Shown here: positions 18,656 through 27,295 of the stretch, one piece after another
Numbering within the stretch: position 1 is the first letter of the stretch
Layout: each line of letters opens with the position of its first letter
Assembly (NCBI GenBank): GCA_964624065.1
Contig: CAZUWF010000003.1
Span: 89,471 to 153,470, forward strand
Origin: an uncultured Bacteroidales bacterium
GTDB taxonomy: Bacteria; Bacteroidota; Bacteroidia; Bacteroidales; UBA7960
Direction of reading: 5' to 3'
Length of the DNA: 64,000 nucleotides
Position numbers and translations under genes: made by a program
The notes under the pieces: model-generated
Told to the model about the DNA's origin: nothing
What the model saw: the letters and a program-made list of their open reading frames with translations, nothing else
The model's database searches: none

Positions 18656-19705
18656 CTATGTTGTAGTTTTCAATTTTTCGAAATACATTGCAAAGGACCT
18701 ATACAAGAAGTGCGTCCATTTGCCGAAAGGGACTATAATTAGAGCCCACTGAACAAGTACCGTCAAATGAAAAAGGTATAGCCAAATATTGGTTTCAATA
18801 AGGTTTAAATCAATCATGGTTCTGACCAAGAAAGCCGAGAAAGCCATCATAAGCAACCAAATAACGAAAAACCAATCTGATGGCTGCGAGAACTTGCTCT
18901 GCTCCTTGTTTTTCTTTATGCGGTCTTTGACAAAAACGGCGGTGAGGCCGAAAAGAGTAATGCTCATAACGTACCCCAAAAGAACAACAAAGGTATTTGT
19001 AGTTCTGAACCAATCTAGTGCTACCGTAGTAAGCAGTAGTCCAAGATAACCCAGCACTATAATCAAGTGCATGAGCCACCGCGAATAGCTATCGTTGCAC
19101 TTTAGGGTTCTTTTTTGGGTAAACATATGCTCGATCAAGTCTTTGAAACCCAGAATATAGTTCGACAACTTGATTTTTATGCCAGGTTTAAGTATGATAA
19201 AGTACCACATACGAGCTAGGTTGGGGATGAATATTAGAGTAAAAACACCAATTATCGCCCACATTTCAAATTTATGTCCTGCGCCTATAATTGCATCAGG
19301 GTCAAAGTTTTTTGACGAAGCAAAGAAAACAACCCCAATTGCAACCAGCAAGAAAGCCACGATTGTAAGGGGAAGTGATTTGTATAGGAGGCCAGAAAGC
19401 CCGGTCCAGTCGTATTTTGCAGTTAGCCAGCGGCGTATTGCCATCATCAATTCTCCCGGATTGGCCTCCCTGGGGCAATTGGATGCGCAATCGCCGCAGT
19501 AATAGCAGAGCCAGGGATCAAGCGATGATTTTAACTGATTTTCCAGACCCAAAACAGAGTATCTGACAAGAGAGCGAGGGTATGCGTGGTTTTTATCTGT
19601 AAGAGAACAAATGGCAGTGCAGTTACCGCAATTATAACAAGCATTGAAATCATTGGCGCCAAACTTTCTTAATTCTTCGCCAAAATATGGGTTAACTATT
19701 GACAT
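18656..19705 (-). CDS. QmoC/HdrE-like membrane subunit: N-terminal 2x[4Fe-4S] ferredoxin module fused to a ~6-TM (NarI/HdrE-like) domain
   Basis: CYNCGNCTAICS and CYYCGDCASNCPREA cluster motifs, followed by six hydrophobic helices carrying His residues (AGHKFEMW, RWLMHLII, LYLFHLTV, KWTHFLY). The start lies 4 nt after the upstream stop. Confidence 0.7.
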   Translation of the reverse strand: MSIVNPYFGEELRKFGANDFNACYNCGNCTAICSLTDKNHAYPRSLVRYSVLGLENQLKSSLDPWLCYYCGDCASNCPREANPGELMMAIRRWLTAKYDWTGLSGLLYKSLPLTIVAFLLVAIGVVFFASSKNFDPDAIIGAGHKFEMWAIIGVFTLIFIPNLARMWYFIILKPGIKIKLSNYILGFKDLIEHMFTQKRTLKCNDSYSRWLMHLIIVLGYLGLLLTTVALDWFRTTNTFVVLLGYVMSITLFGLTAVFVKDRIKKNKEQSKFSQPSDWFFVIWLLMMAFSAFLVRTMIDLNLIETNIWLYLFHLTVLVQWALIIVPFGKWTHFLYRSFAMYFEKLKTTT

Positions 19706-19709
19706 GGCT

Positions 19710-21908
19710 CTATTTTTTCATTTTGTAGGTGTAGTACTCTTCGTCTTCGTCCATTCCATCGGGCACAACAAGGCTGTACTTGTTCATCGTCATTAGGTGG
19801 TACATAACCGTTTGCTTGTCTATGCCAGTATTTTCTGCAATCTCTGATACCGTTTTGCTCGAACCATTGATTGCTCCTGAAATGGCTTTCCAAACCTGCG
19901 GGTATTCCTTCATGCTCAAGGCCTCTTCTATCAATCCATCTTCTGCAGATTTCTGGGTTTCTGATAATTCAACCATACCTGCAAAGCCGTCAATCATTCC
20001 TTCTATTTCCTTGTTGGTGTATTGAATGATTTCTATTGCATCTTCGGGGCAGACGGGGGCACAAATGCCGCACCCAGAACAGGTTGCCTTGTTTACCGTT
20101 GCAATTTCCTTGTCGTTTACAAGGGTTCTCTTCAACGAGTCGTAGTCGCACACCTCGGCACACTTGCCGCACCAGGCACATTTGTCTGAATTAATTCTTG
20201 CTATAACCGGAGGGATTGAAATGGTTCCGGTTTTAATCAAGGAACTTATCTTGGAAGCCGCCGCCAATGAAGATTGGACCGATTCGGTAATGTTGCGGGG
20301 CCCTTGGCACGAACCGCCAATAAACACACCTTTTATTACCGTTTCCACCGGTTTTAGTTTCGGGTGTATTTCGTTGAAGAACTTGTCGTTGCCAATTGGA
20401 ATCTTGAAAATTTCCGATATTTCTTGGCTGTCTTGCCGTGCAACCATCCCTGTTACCAAAACTACCAAGTCGGCTTCAAGCTCAATCTCCATTTTTGAGG
20501 TAAGGTAATCCTTTACTTTTATTGAAATGGAATTGCCTTTTGATACGAGTTTCGGAGGTTCTTTTTCTTCGAATTTTATGAAAATATCGCCTTGCGAAGA
20601 GGCCTTTTGGTATAGAAGTTCTTGTTTTCCGTAAGTTCTTACATCCCTGAAAAGGTGGAAGGATTTCAATCCCGGAAATTTTTCGATCGAAATTAAGGAC
20701 GAATGGATTGCAGCCGAGCAGCAATAACGCGAACAATGCTTGTTTTCGCCATTGGTTTGCCTGTTGCCAACACAATATATGTAAGCCACCCTTTTTATTT
20801 CCCTGTTTTTATATTTTAGCGAAACCTCGCTAACTTCGAGCAACCGCCGGTAGTGGGGAAGTGTGATCACATTGTCTAGTTCCTCATACCCGAATTCGCC
20901 TTTGGCAGGAAGGTAGCTGTCAAAACCGGTAGTTACCAAAACTGTACCTGCAATCAGGCTGAGATGTTCTACCCTTTGGTGAATGTTAATGCAATTGGAA
21001 TACTTGTCGAGGTATTCTTTTTCGTCCTTCAAAGCCTCGGCGTCAACCACGGGAATATCGGGCAGGGCCTCCGAATAGTTCTTGTAAATTGCCTTGCGGG
21101 TAGTTAATCCGAAATTGAAAGGGTCGGGTAGGTTTACCGGACAATCCTCAATGGCTTGGTTTATGTCGCAGCCATCCTTGTGCCAGGTAACGTACCTTGG
21201 CCTAATACTAATGTTGACGTTGAAAGAACCAAGGCTTCCGGTAACCTTTTCGATTTTTGCACCGGTAAAAAGGCTAATGTTCTTCTCGGCCTTCATTTCG
21301 TCGTAAAGGCGTTTTATTACTTCCTTCCCTTGTTGGTCACCCATAAAAAGCTTTCCAACCTGTGCAACCGGACCCCCAACAAAGTGGTCTTGCTCTATTA
21401 CGTAAACCTCGTTGCCAAGGCGAGCCAGCGATACGGCAGCACGCATTCCGGCAACACCAGCGCCTACTACAAGTACGGATTTCTTGGCAGGAACCTCAAT
21501 GTTTTCTAACGATTCCGAATGAGACACCCTGTTTATTCCGGCCCGGATGAGCCCCACTGCCTTTGTGCTGGCATCCATTGGCCTGTCGGAATGGGGCCAC
21601 GAACATTGCTCCCTAATATTTACCTGAACGTAGTTGGAGGGATTCAGACCCGCCCTTTCGGCCACGTTTCTAAATGTATGGAGGTGCAGCTTGGGAGAGC
21701 AAGAGGCCACCACTATTCCATCAAGTTTTTTTTCCTTAATGTCGTTTATCATTATGTTTTGGCTTGAATCGGCGCAAGCAAACATAATATCTGTTGATAC
21801 TTCAACTCCTTGATGATCTTTCAACAACCTTCCAATTTCCTCCACCCTAACGTAGTCGGATATGTTTCCCCCGCAATGGCAAATGTAAACTCCAATTTTT
21901 TCTTTCAT
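19710..21908 (-). CDS. HdrA-like (QmoB-like) flavo-iron-sulfur protein with C-terminal 2x[4Fe-4S] and a terminal winged-helix-like segment
   Basis: HdrA N-terminal domain IGVYICHCGGNISDYV..VVASCSPKLH..NIREQCSWPH, FAD fold VLVVGAGVAGMRAA, and CSRYCC. Ferredoxin motifs CAWCGKCAEVC and CSGCGICAPVCP. The C-terminal tail SKTVSEIAENTGIDKQTVMYHLMTMNKYSLV resembles an ArsR/MarR-type wHTH. Confidence 0.75.
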   Translation of the reverse strand: MKEKIGVYICHCGGNISDYVRVEEIGRLLKDHQGVEVSTDIMFACADSSQNIMINDIKEKKLDGIVVASCSPKLHLHTFRNVAERAGLNPSNYVQVNIREQCSWPHSDRPMDASTKAVGLIRAGINRVSHSESLENIEVPAKKSVLVVGAGVAGMRAAVSLARLGNEVYVIEQDHFVGGPVAQVGKLFMGDQQGKEVIKRLYDEMKAEKNISLFTGAKIEKVTGSLGSFNVNISIRPRYVTWHKDGCDINQAIEDCPVNLPDPFNFGLTTRKAIYKNYSEALPDIPVVDAEALKDEKEYLDKYSNCINIHQRVEHLSLIAGTVLVTTGFDSYLPAKGEFGYEELDNVITLPHYRRLLEVSEVSLKYKNREIKRVAYIYCVGNRQTNGENKHCSRYCCSAAIHSSLISIEKFPGLKSFHLFRDVRTYGKQELLYQKASSQGDIFIKFEEKEPPKLVSKGNSISIKVKDYLTSKMEIELEADLVVLVTGMVARQDSQEISEIFKIPIGNDKFFNEIHPKLKPVETVIKGVFIGGSCQGPRNITESVQSSLAAASKISSLIKTGTISIPPVIARINSDKCAWCGKCAEVCDYDSLKRTLVNDKEIATVNKATCSGCGICAPVCPEDAIEIIQYTNKEIEGMIDGFAGMVELSETQKSAEDGLIEEALSMKEYPQVWKAISGAINGSSKTVSEIAENTGIDKQTVMYHLMTMNKYSLVVPDGMDEDEEYYTYKMKK

Positions 21909-21930
21909 GATAATTCTTATGTTCGTTGGA

Positions 21931-24696
21931 TTATACGGGTATTTCTCTTTCTACCAGCTTCATGTAGCTCGCTGCTTCGGTGGCGGCGCATCCTGCCGAG
22001 AGGATCGAATCGGGAATGTCTCGTGGACCGGCAACCGTTCCAGCCATGAAAACACCTTCAATGGAAGTGCGGGAAGGGCTGACAAGTTCATCAACCTGTT
22101 TCACGTAATTTAGTTCGTCCAGCTCAAGGGTTTGCTTTTTGAAACTGCTTGCAATCTCATTGTTTGGTAATGCACCAATTGACAAAACTACAAGGTCATG
22201 TTTTGCTTCCTTTAGCTTGCCAGTAGTTACATCTTCGTACCTCAAAACAAGGTCGCCACTACCGTCTTCCTTTTCATTGATTTGTGCAATCTTACCCTTG
22301 ATCATATTAACTCCCATCCGTTTTGATTGCTGCATGAATTCTTCGTAACCCTTGCCGAATGCGCGAAGGTCTATGTAGTAAATGGTAATGTCGGCAAGGG
22401 GTAGGGCACCCATCAAAAGCTGCGCCTGCTTTATGGAATACATGCAGCAAACCTGTGAGCAAATTGGATTATTGGTGCATTCGCTGCTACAAGGTCTGCT
22501 GTTTTCGATTGACACATCGCGCGAGCCGGTGCAAAGCACGTAGGCTACGTTGCTTGGAACCTTTCCATCGCCAGGTCTCAAAACGTTGTTGAATGGTCTT
22601 GTTGGGGCAATTAGCCTTTCCATTTGAAGGGCGTCAATCACGTTGGGATAAGTGCCAAATCCATACTCTTTTTTTCCCGACGGTGGAAATAACCTAAAGC
22701 CTGAGGCCAAGATTACCGACCTGACGTCAACGTCGTGGATTTCGGTTTTTTGGGAGAAGTCAATGGCTTCGGCCGGGCAAGCGGCGATGCATTGGTGACA
22801 TTCGCGACAGTTGCTGCAATCGAGGCACCTGCTTGTGCTATCGAGAACCTCGACCTCGGTAAAGGTGCTTTCAACTTCATCAAAATCTTTTATGCGCACG
22901 GCAGGGTCGCGGTGCGCCTGTTTTGTTTGTGGCTTGAATTGAATGTTGGGACGGCTCAAAACCTTTGCGGTATCAACCGCAGGCAGCTTGTCCCCAGCTT
23001 CGTAATCTTCGATGTTTAGGCCTGCCAGGAACTTATCGATGTAAAATGCCGCCTTCTTTCCCAGTCCGGCTGCTTCGATGATTGTTGAGGCTCCAGTAAC
23101 AGAGTCGCCGCCTGCAAAAACATAGGCGAGTGATGTTTGAAGGGTTTTTTCGTTTACTACAATGGTGCCGTTTTTGTTGAGGTTTAGCTCGCTTTCGAAA
23201 ACATCGGTTGAGGGGTTAAGTCCCACCGCCTCGATAACCCAATCTACTTTCTCTGTGTATTCGGAACCTTTAACTTGAACCGGTCTCCTCCTACCACTTT
23301 CATCGGGTTGGCCAAGTTCCATCTTAGCCAGGGTTACCCCTTCAAGTTGCCCGTTTTTGCCCAAGAATCTTATTGGATTTCGCAGGAGCAATAGCTTTAC
23401 ACCCTCTTCTTCCGCCTCTTTTATTTCGGGGGCAAAGCAAGGCATTTCTTCACGGCTACGGCGGTAAACCACCGTAACTTCGGCCGCACCGAGACGCACC
23501 GAGGTCCTGGCGGCATCAATTGCTGTGTTTCCACCACCGATAACCATAACTCGCTTGCCCTTTAGCGCGTTGGTTTTCTCTTGTATGGAGTCACGCAAAA
23601 AGTCGAGGCACGAGACCACCCCGTTCAATTCCTGCCCTTCTATGTTTAGCTTTGTGGTTTTGTGGGTTCCCACAGCAACGAATACCGCATCGAACCCATC
23701 TTTTTTCAACTTTTCTATACTTTCTACCTTGTGGTTTACCACAGTTTGGACTCCAAGGGATGTTACGTTTTTTACATCCCTTTCAACAATGTTTTTCGGA
23801 AGCCTGAACTCGGGCAGGCTCAAACTCAACATTCCTCCCAGAATGGGAGCCGCCTCAAAAATTTTAACCTGATGACCTTTTAAGGCCAAGTGGTAGGAGG
23901 CTGTCAATCCTGATGGCCCTGAGCCGATTACTGCAATTTTCTTACCTGTTGGTTCTTTCTTTTTAACTGCTGGTGGTTCGGGATACTTTTGGTAAAAATG
24001 GTCTGCGAAGAAACGTTTGGTTTTGCGTATGTCAACCGTGCCCTCGAGCAGGCTACGGGTGCATGACGACTGGCAAGGCGCGTAGCAAGCCCTCCCGAGG
24101 CTGCCCGGAATAGGAATGTCTTCCATGTGCAGCTTCATGGCCTCATCGTACTGGCCGTTTCGAACCAACGAAACATAACCGTAAGCCTTTGTACCCCCGG
24201 GGCATCCGCCAATGCAAGGTGCGGAGGTGTCTTGCCTGTCTATGTTGGCAATTCGCGGGTTTGCAAGGTTGAATGGTATGTAAGCCACCTTGCGAGCCGA
24301 AAGGTTCAGGTTGTAATCATCGGGTCTTACCTCTGGGCATACTATTTCGCAACTTTCGCACCCCGTGCAATTTTCGGCAATCACGTACCTTGGCTTCTTA
24401 ATTGCTCTTACCTTGAAGCCCGATTCGGTTTTTTCCACCTCTTCAACAGTGCTGTTAAGCATTGTGGTAATATTTGGATGCCTGGCTGTTTCCGACATTT
24501 TCGGGGTGGTAATGCAGGCTCCGCAGTCGAGGGTTGGAAAAACCTTGCTCAATTGAATCATTTTTCCACCAATCGACAACTGCTTTTCTACCAGAAGCAC
24601 TTTGTAATCCATTTGGGCAAGGTTGAGAGCCGCCTCTTGTCCGGCCACACCGCCGCCAATCACCAGGGCGTCAAATTTTGTCTTTTTTGTCAGCAT
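21931..24696 (-). CDS. HdrA-like flavoprotein with an embedded GltD/NfnB/SudA-like NAD(P)H-binding oxidoreductase module
   Basis: HdrA part: ALVIGGGVAGQEAA..KVFPTLDCGACI..CTGCESCEIVCP ... CSQVCCMYSIK..IDLRAFGKGYEEF..GVFMAGTVAGPRDI. Inserted part: KKIAVIGSGPSGLTASYHLA..GGML..LPEFRLPK, KRVMVIGGGNTAIDAART..YRRSREEMP and VFAGGDSVTGASTII, typical of glutamate synthase small-subunit-like proteins. Confidence 0.8.
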   Translation of the reverse strand: MLTKKTKFDALVIGGGVAGQEAALNLAQMDYKVLLVEKQLSIGGKMIQLSKVFPTLDCGACITTPKMSETARHPNITTMLNSTVEEVEKTESGFKVRAIKKPRYVIAENCTGCESCEIVCPEVRPDDYNLNLSARKVAYIPFNLANPRIANIDRQDTSAPCIGGCPGGTKAYGYVSLVRNGQYDEAMKLHMEDIPIPGSLGRACYAPCQSSCTRSLLEGTVDIRKTKRFFADHFYQKYPEPPAVKKKEPTGKKIAVIGSGPSGLTASYHLALKGHQVKIFEAAPILGGMLSLSLPEFRLPKNIVERDVKNVTSLGVQTVVNHKVESIEKLKKDGFDAVFVAVGTHKTTKLNIEGQELNGVVSCLDFLRDSIQEKTNALKGKRVMVIGGGNTAIDAARTSVRLGAAEVTVVYRRSREEMPCFAPEIKEAEEEGVKLLLLRNPIRFLGKNGQLEGVTLAKMELGQPDESGRRRPVQVKGSEYTEKVDWVIEAVGLNPSTDVFESELNLNKNGTIVVNEKTLQTSLAYVFAGGDSVTGASTIIEAAGLGKKAAFYIDKFLAGLNIEDYEAGDKLPAVDTAKVLSRPNIQFKPQTKQAHRDPAVRIKDFDEVESTFTEVEVLDSTSRCLDCSNCRECHQCIAACPAEAIDFSQKTEIHDVDVRSVILASGFRLFPPSGKKEYGFGTYPNVIDALQMERLIAPTRPFNNVLRPGDGKVPSNVAYVLCTGSRDVSIENSRPCSSECTNNPICSQVCCMYSIKQAQLLMGALPLADITIYYIDLRAFGKGYEEFMQQSKRMGVNMIKGKIAQINEKEDGSGDLVLRYEDVTTGKLKEAKHDLVVLSIGALPNNEIASSFKKQTLELDELNYVKQVDELVSPSRTSIEGVFMAGTVAGPRDIPDSILSAGCAATEAASYMKLVEREIPV

Positions 24697-24713
24697 TCTG
24701 TGTTCCTGTTAGA

Positions 24714-25157
24714 TTAGTTATCAATTGCCTTAATCCCGCCTGCCATTTCTGTTTCAATATCGCCCAGCTCGAGCAATATTTCGCTGAAGGCCTCCATATG
24801 TCCGGCAAACGGAACCGCGCAAACAGAGCAAATGGCTGCCATTCTGATCCGCTTCGGACTAATGTTGTTCTGTTTCATTATAGCCTGAGATCGGGTAATG
24901 ATATCGTTTGTGAAATCAGGACATTTATGGCTGTATGAGCATTCATGACCATCGGCGGCAATGAAAACACCATCGAATTTTTGCTTGAAAGCGTGCATGA
25001 TCCACCTTGTTTTTATACCTGAGGAGCAGGGCAGGTTGATCACGTAAACTGACGGTGAATAGTGTACCTTGCGCAAACCTGCCAGGTCTATTCCGGGATC
25101 AGAAATCTTATCGGTCGAAAAAACCAATATTCTGGGTTTATAACTTTTGTCGGCCAT
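24714..25157 (-). CDS. MvhD/FlpD-like iron-sulfur subunit (methyl-viologen-reducing hydrogenase delta-subunit family)
   Basis: 147 aa. ILVFSTDKISDPGIDLAG..VINLPCSSGI..FDGVFIAADGHECSY and the overall Cys pattern fit the FlpD/MvhD family. It lies immediately upstream of an HdrA-like gene. Confidence 0.75.
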   Translation of the reverse strand: MADKSYKPRILVFSTDKISDPGIDLAGLRKVHYSPSVYVINLPCSSGIKTRWIMHAFKQKFDGVFIAADGHECSYSHKCPDFTNDIITRSQAIMKQNNISPKRIRMAAICSVCAVPFAGHMEAFSEILLELGDIETEMAGGIKAIDN

Positions 25158-25220
25158 AATGCTTGTTTATGAAATGAACTATTGTCGATAATCAGAATGG
25201 AAGCCAGAAACTGCTTGCAA

Positions 25221-25472
25221 TTAAGCTTTTCTAAGGTACAGCCGCGAAAAACTGTCCTCGTCAACAAAGCCAAGAAACTCGTGATCCATCTTTTGGCACC
25301 ATTTGGGTATGTCTCTTTTTGTCCCGGCATCGGCCGAGAGTACCTCCATCACCTCGCCCGATTCAATGTCGCCAATTCCTTGTTTTGCTGCCAGTAGTGG
25401 TCCTGGGCAGGCTGTTCCTCTTGCGTCGATTTGTTTTGCTACTGTTAGTGCTTTTAATTCTTGGGATGTCAT
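25221..25472 (-). CDS. TusA/SirA-family sulfurtransferase (cytoplasmic sulfur carrier)
   Basis: 83 aa. IDARGTACPGPLLAAKQ carries the CPxP active-site Cys motif. GEVMEVLSADAGTKRDIPKWC is family-typical. Confidence 0.85.
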   Translation of the reverse strand: MTSQELKALTVAKQIDARGTACPGPLLAAKQGIGDIESGEVMEVLSADAGTKRDIPKWCQKMDHEFLGFVDEDSFSRLYLRKA

Positions 25473-25504
25473 TTTTTGTTTTTTTAGTTTGAAAACTTGT
25501 TTTT

Positions 25505-25918
25505 TTAGACCAAAAAGTGGACGTCGGCTTCTTTTACCGCATCAATATATTCGCCAATTCCGATGATATCGTCAACCATATCAATGAAATCTTCGATCTT
25601 TGAGCCTCCCCAAATTCGGCCGGCAAGGCTGCAAACGTAAATTTTTACGTTTGTCATCTCCCTGGCCATTTCGAAGTACTCCTTCCAGGTAGGGCTGTTT
25701 AGTTCCTTGAGCTTGTCAATGCAGGCTTGAAGGTTTTCGTTGTCTTCGCTAAGGTACTCCCTGCCGTTTTCGTTACCTTTTACAAACCATTGAGCCGCTT
25801 TTAGGTGAACGTAAACTTCCACATCCATATCTTCGGCTGCGGCCCCGCTTAGCAAAACACCAGCGAAGGTTAGCTTGTCAAGCCCACCCGAAAACAATCC
25901 TATACACATTTTTGCCAT
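25505..25918 (-). CDS. DsrE/DsrF/DsrH-like family protein
   Basis: 137 aa. MCIGLFSGGLDKLTFAGVLLSGAAA and the conserved-Cys segment VKIYVCSLAGRIWG fit the DsrE-like family. Confidence 0.65.
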   Translation of the reverse strand: MAKMCIGLFSGGLDKLTFAGVLLSGAAAEDMDVEVYVHLKAAQWFVKGNENGREYLSEDNENLQACIDKLKELNSPTWKEYFEMAREMTNVKIYVCSLAGRIWGGSKIEDFIDMVDDIIGIGEYIDAVKEADVHFLV

Positions 25919-25943
25919 TTTACTGAAATTTAATTGTTGTCAT

Positions 25944-26444
25944 TTAATCTCCACATCCACCTGATGCCTTTTGTGTGGGTGCGCTAGCTTGTTGAGAACC
26001 TGACCCTACTTCAACCTTTTCGGGAAAAGAAAGCTGCCAGTTTTCAAATCCTCCTTCAAGCACCCTTACATCGCCATATTTCATTAGCCTTAGGTTTTTT
26101 GCCGAAAGGGCCGATCGTTGATGGGTGTTGCTGTATAGCACCACGGTTTGTCTCCTGTTCGAAAGAAGTTTCGAGAACTCCAGGGTTCCCCTTGGAATGT
26201 TTATTGCTCCAGGAATATGCCCTGCTTCAAACTCCTCGGGTTCTCGCACATCTATTACTGATAATGGTGCCGTGCCCAATTCCATCAATTGGTTCACCTC
26301 TTCGGCCACAACAAAATCAACGTCTTTCAATGCGGCTTCGAGCATAGTATTTGTGTTGCTGTAAACGGTTTTGTCTGGATTGAAGCATCCGGACAACACA
26401 AATGTCAAGATAACCGCCGACAGGATTAAATTTAGATTTTTCAT
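25944..26444 (-). CDS. Rhodanese-like lipoprotein lacking the canonical active-site Cys but ending in a ...ASGGCGD tail
   Basis: Lipobox VLSGC. Rhodanese fold (VIDVREPEEFEAGHIPGAINIPRG). The active-loop position reads VVLYSNTHQRS, with Ser where Cys is expected. A low-complexity linker precedes the C-terminal SGGCGD-stop (nt 25947-25964). Confidence 0.75.
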   Translation of the reverse strand: MKNLNLILSAVILTFVLSGCFNPDKTVYSNTNTMLEAALKDVDFVVAEEVNQLMELGTAPLSVIDVREPEEFEAGHIPGAINIPRGTLEFSKLLSNRRQTVVLYSNTHQRSALSAKNLRLMKYGDVRVLEGGFENWQLSFPEKVEVGSGSQQASAPTQKASGGCGD

Positions 26445-26464
26445 CTTGTCAAGATTTTGAAGAC

Positions 26465-27283
26465 CTATTTTGTTTTATACTCGTTCCAGCCCCCGTCGTA
26501 TATCTTAATGTTACGATAGCCAAGACCCTTCAAAGCAAGGTAAACAGTGCCCGTTCGCGCACTAGAAGTACAATAAAGAATTATCTCCTTATCTTTGACG
26601 ATCTTGCTGTCTGCCAAAACTTTTTCGATTTCAGCTTTGGTTTTCAGCTGAGATTTTGCTTCGTTAATGAAGCTTTTGTTTTCCACATTAATTGAACCAG
26701 GGATGTTGCCAGCCTTGTGTTCGTTAGGTGCCGAAACATCGATAATTATGGTGCCGGGATTATTTAGCTTCCCATTTACATAAGCGTATTCGACAAATAT
26801 TGACGGCTTCAACTTTGGAGTTAAGGTTATGGGCGTGGGGGTTACGGGGTTCCGCCCTACCGCCCCACGGGCTTCCCTCCAAGCCGTCATATGACCATCA
26901 AGAATCTTGACCTTATTGTACCCGAGATAGTCGAGCACCCAATACAGGTAGGTTGAGTAAACATACCTTCCATTGTCGTAGATAATTATGGTTTTTGCAG
27001 GATCCACTCCCTTCGTGCCAAGGACTTTTGCAAGCTCGGCAGGGCTATTGAGCAAACCTTCAATTGTTCCGGGCTTGCATAGGGCTTTGTATTCGATGTT
27101 AACCGCATTTTGAATGTGCACTTTTGCAAAGTCTTGCGCGCTTACGGTGGCAACAAAAACAGTGTTGGCATCGCCAACCAGCTTAACTGCATCACGGGCA
27201 GAAATTATGTCAAACTGAGCATTTGCCGAGGCAAGGGCCAACACCAAGATTATTGTGTTTCCAAATTTTCTTAAATTGTCCAT
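26465..27283 (-). CDS. Exported tandem-rhodanese sulfurtransferase (thiosulfate sulfurtransferase-like)
   Basis: Signal peptide ..ALASANAQ and two rhodanese domains. Catalytic loop ILYCTSSARTG in the second domain. GHIQNAVNI/GNIPGSINV motifs. Confidence 0.8.
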   Translation of the reverse strand: MDNLRKFGNTIILVLALASANAQFDIISARDAVKLVGDANTVFVATVSAQDFAKVHIQNAVNIEYKALCKPGTIEGLLNSPAELAKVLGTKGVDPAKTIIIYDNGRYVYSTYLYWVLDYLGYNKVKILDGHMTAWREARGAVGRNPVTPTPITLTPKLKPSIFVEYAYVNGKLNNPGTIIIDVSAPNEHKAGNIPGSINVENKSFINEAKSQLKTKAEIEKVLADSKIVKDKEIILYCTSSARTGTVYLALKGLGYRNIKIYDGGWNEYKTK

Positions 27284-27295
27284 TTCAAAAATCGA

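Noticed and set aside
19710-24696. Possible selenocysteine (in-frame TGA) recoding in the HdrA-like genes, as occurs in some methanogen HdrA/MvhD proteins.
   Set aside because: Both ORFs are continuous with Cys at the expected positions. No in-frame TGA needs to be read through.
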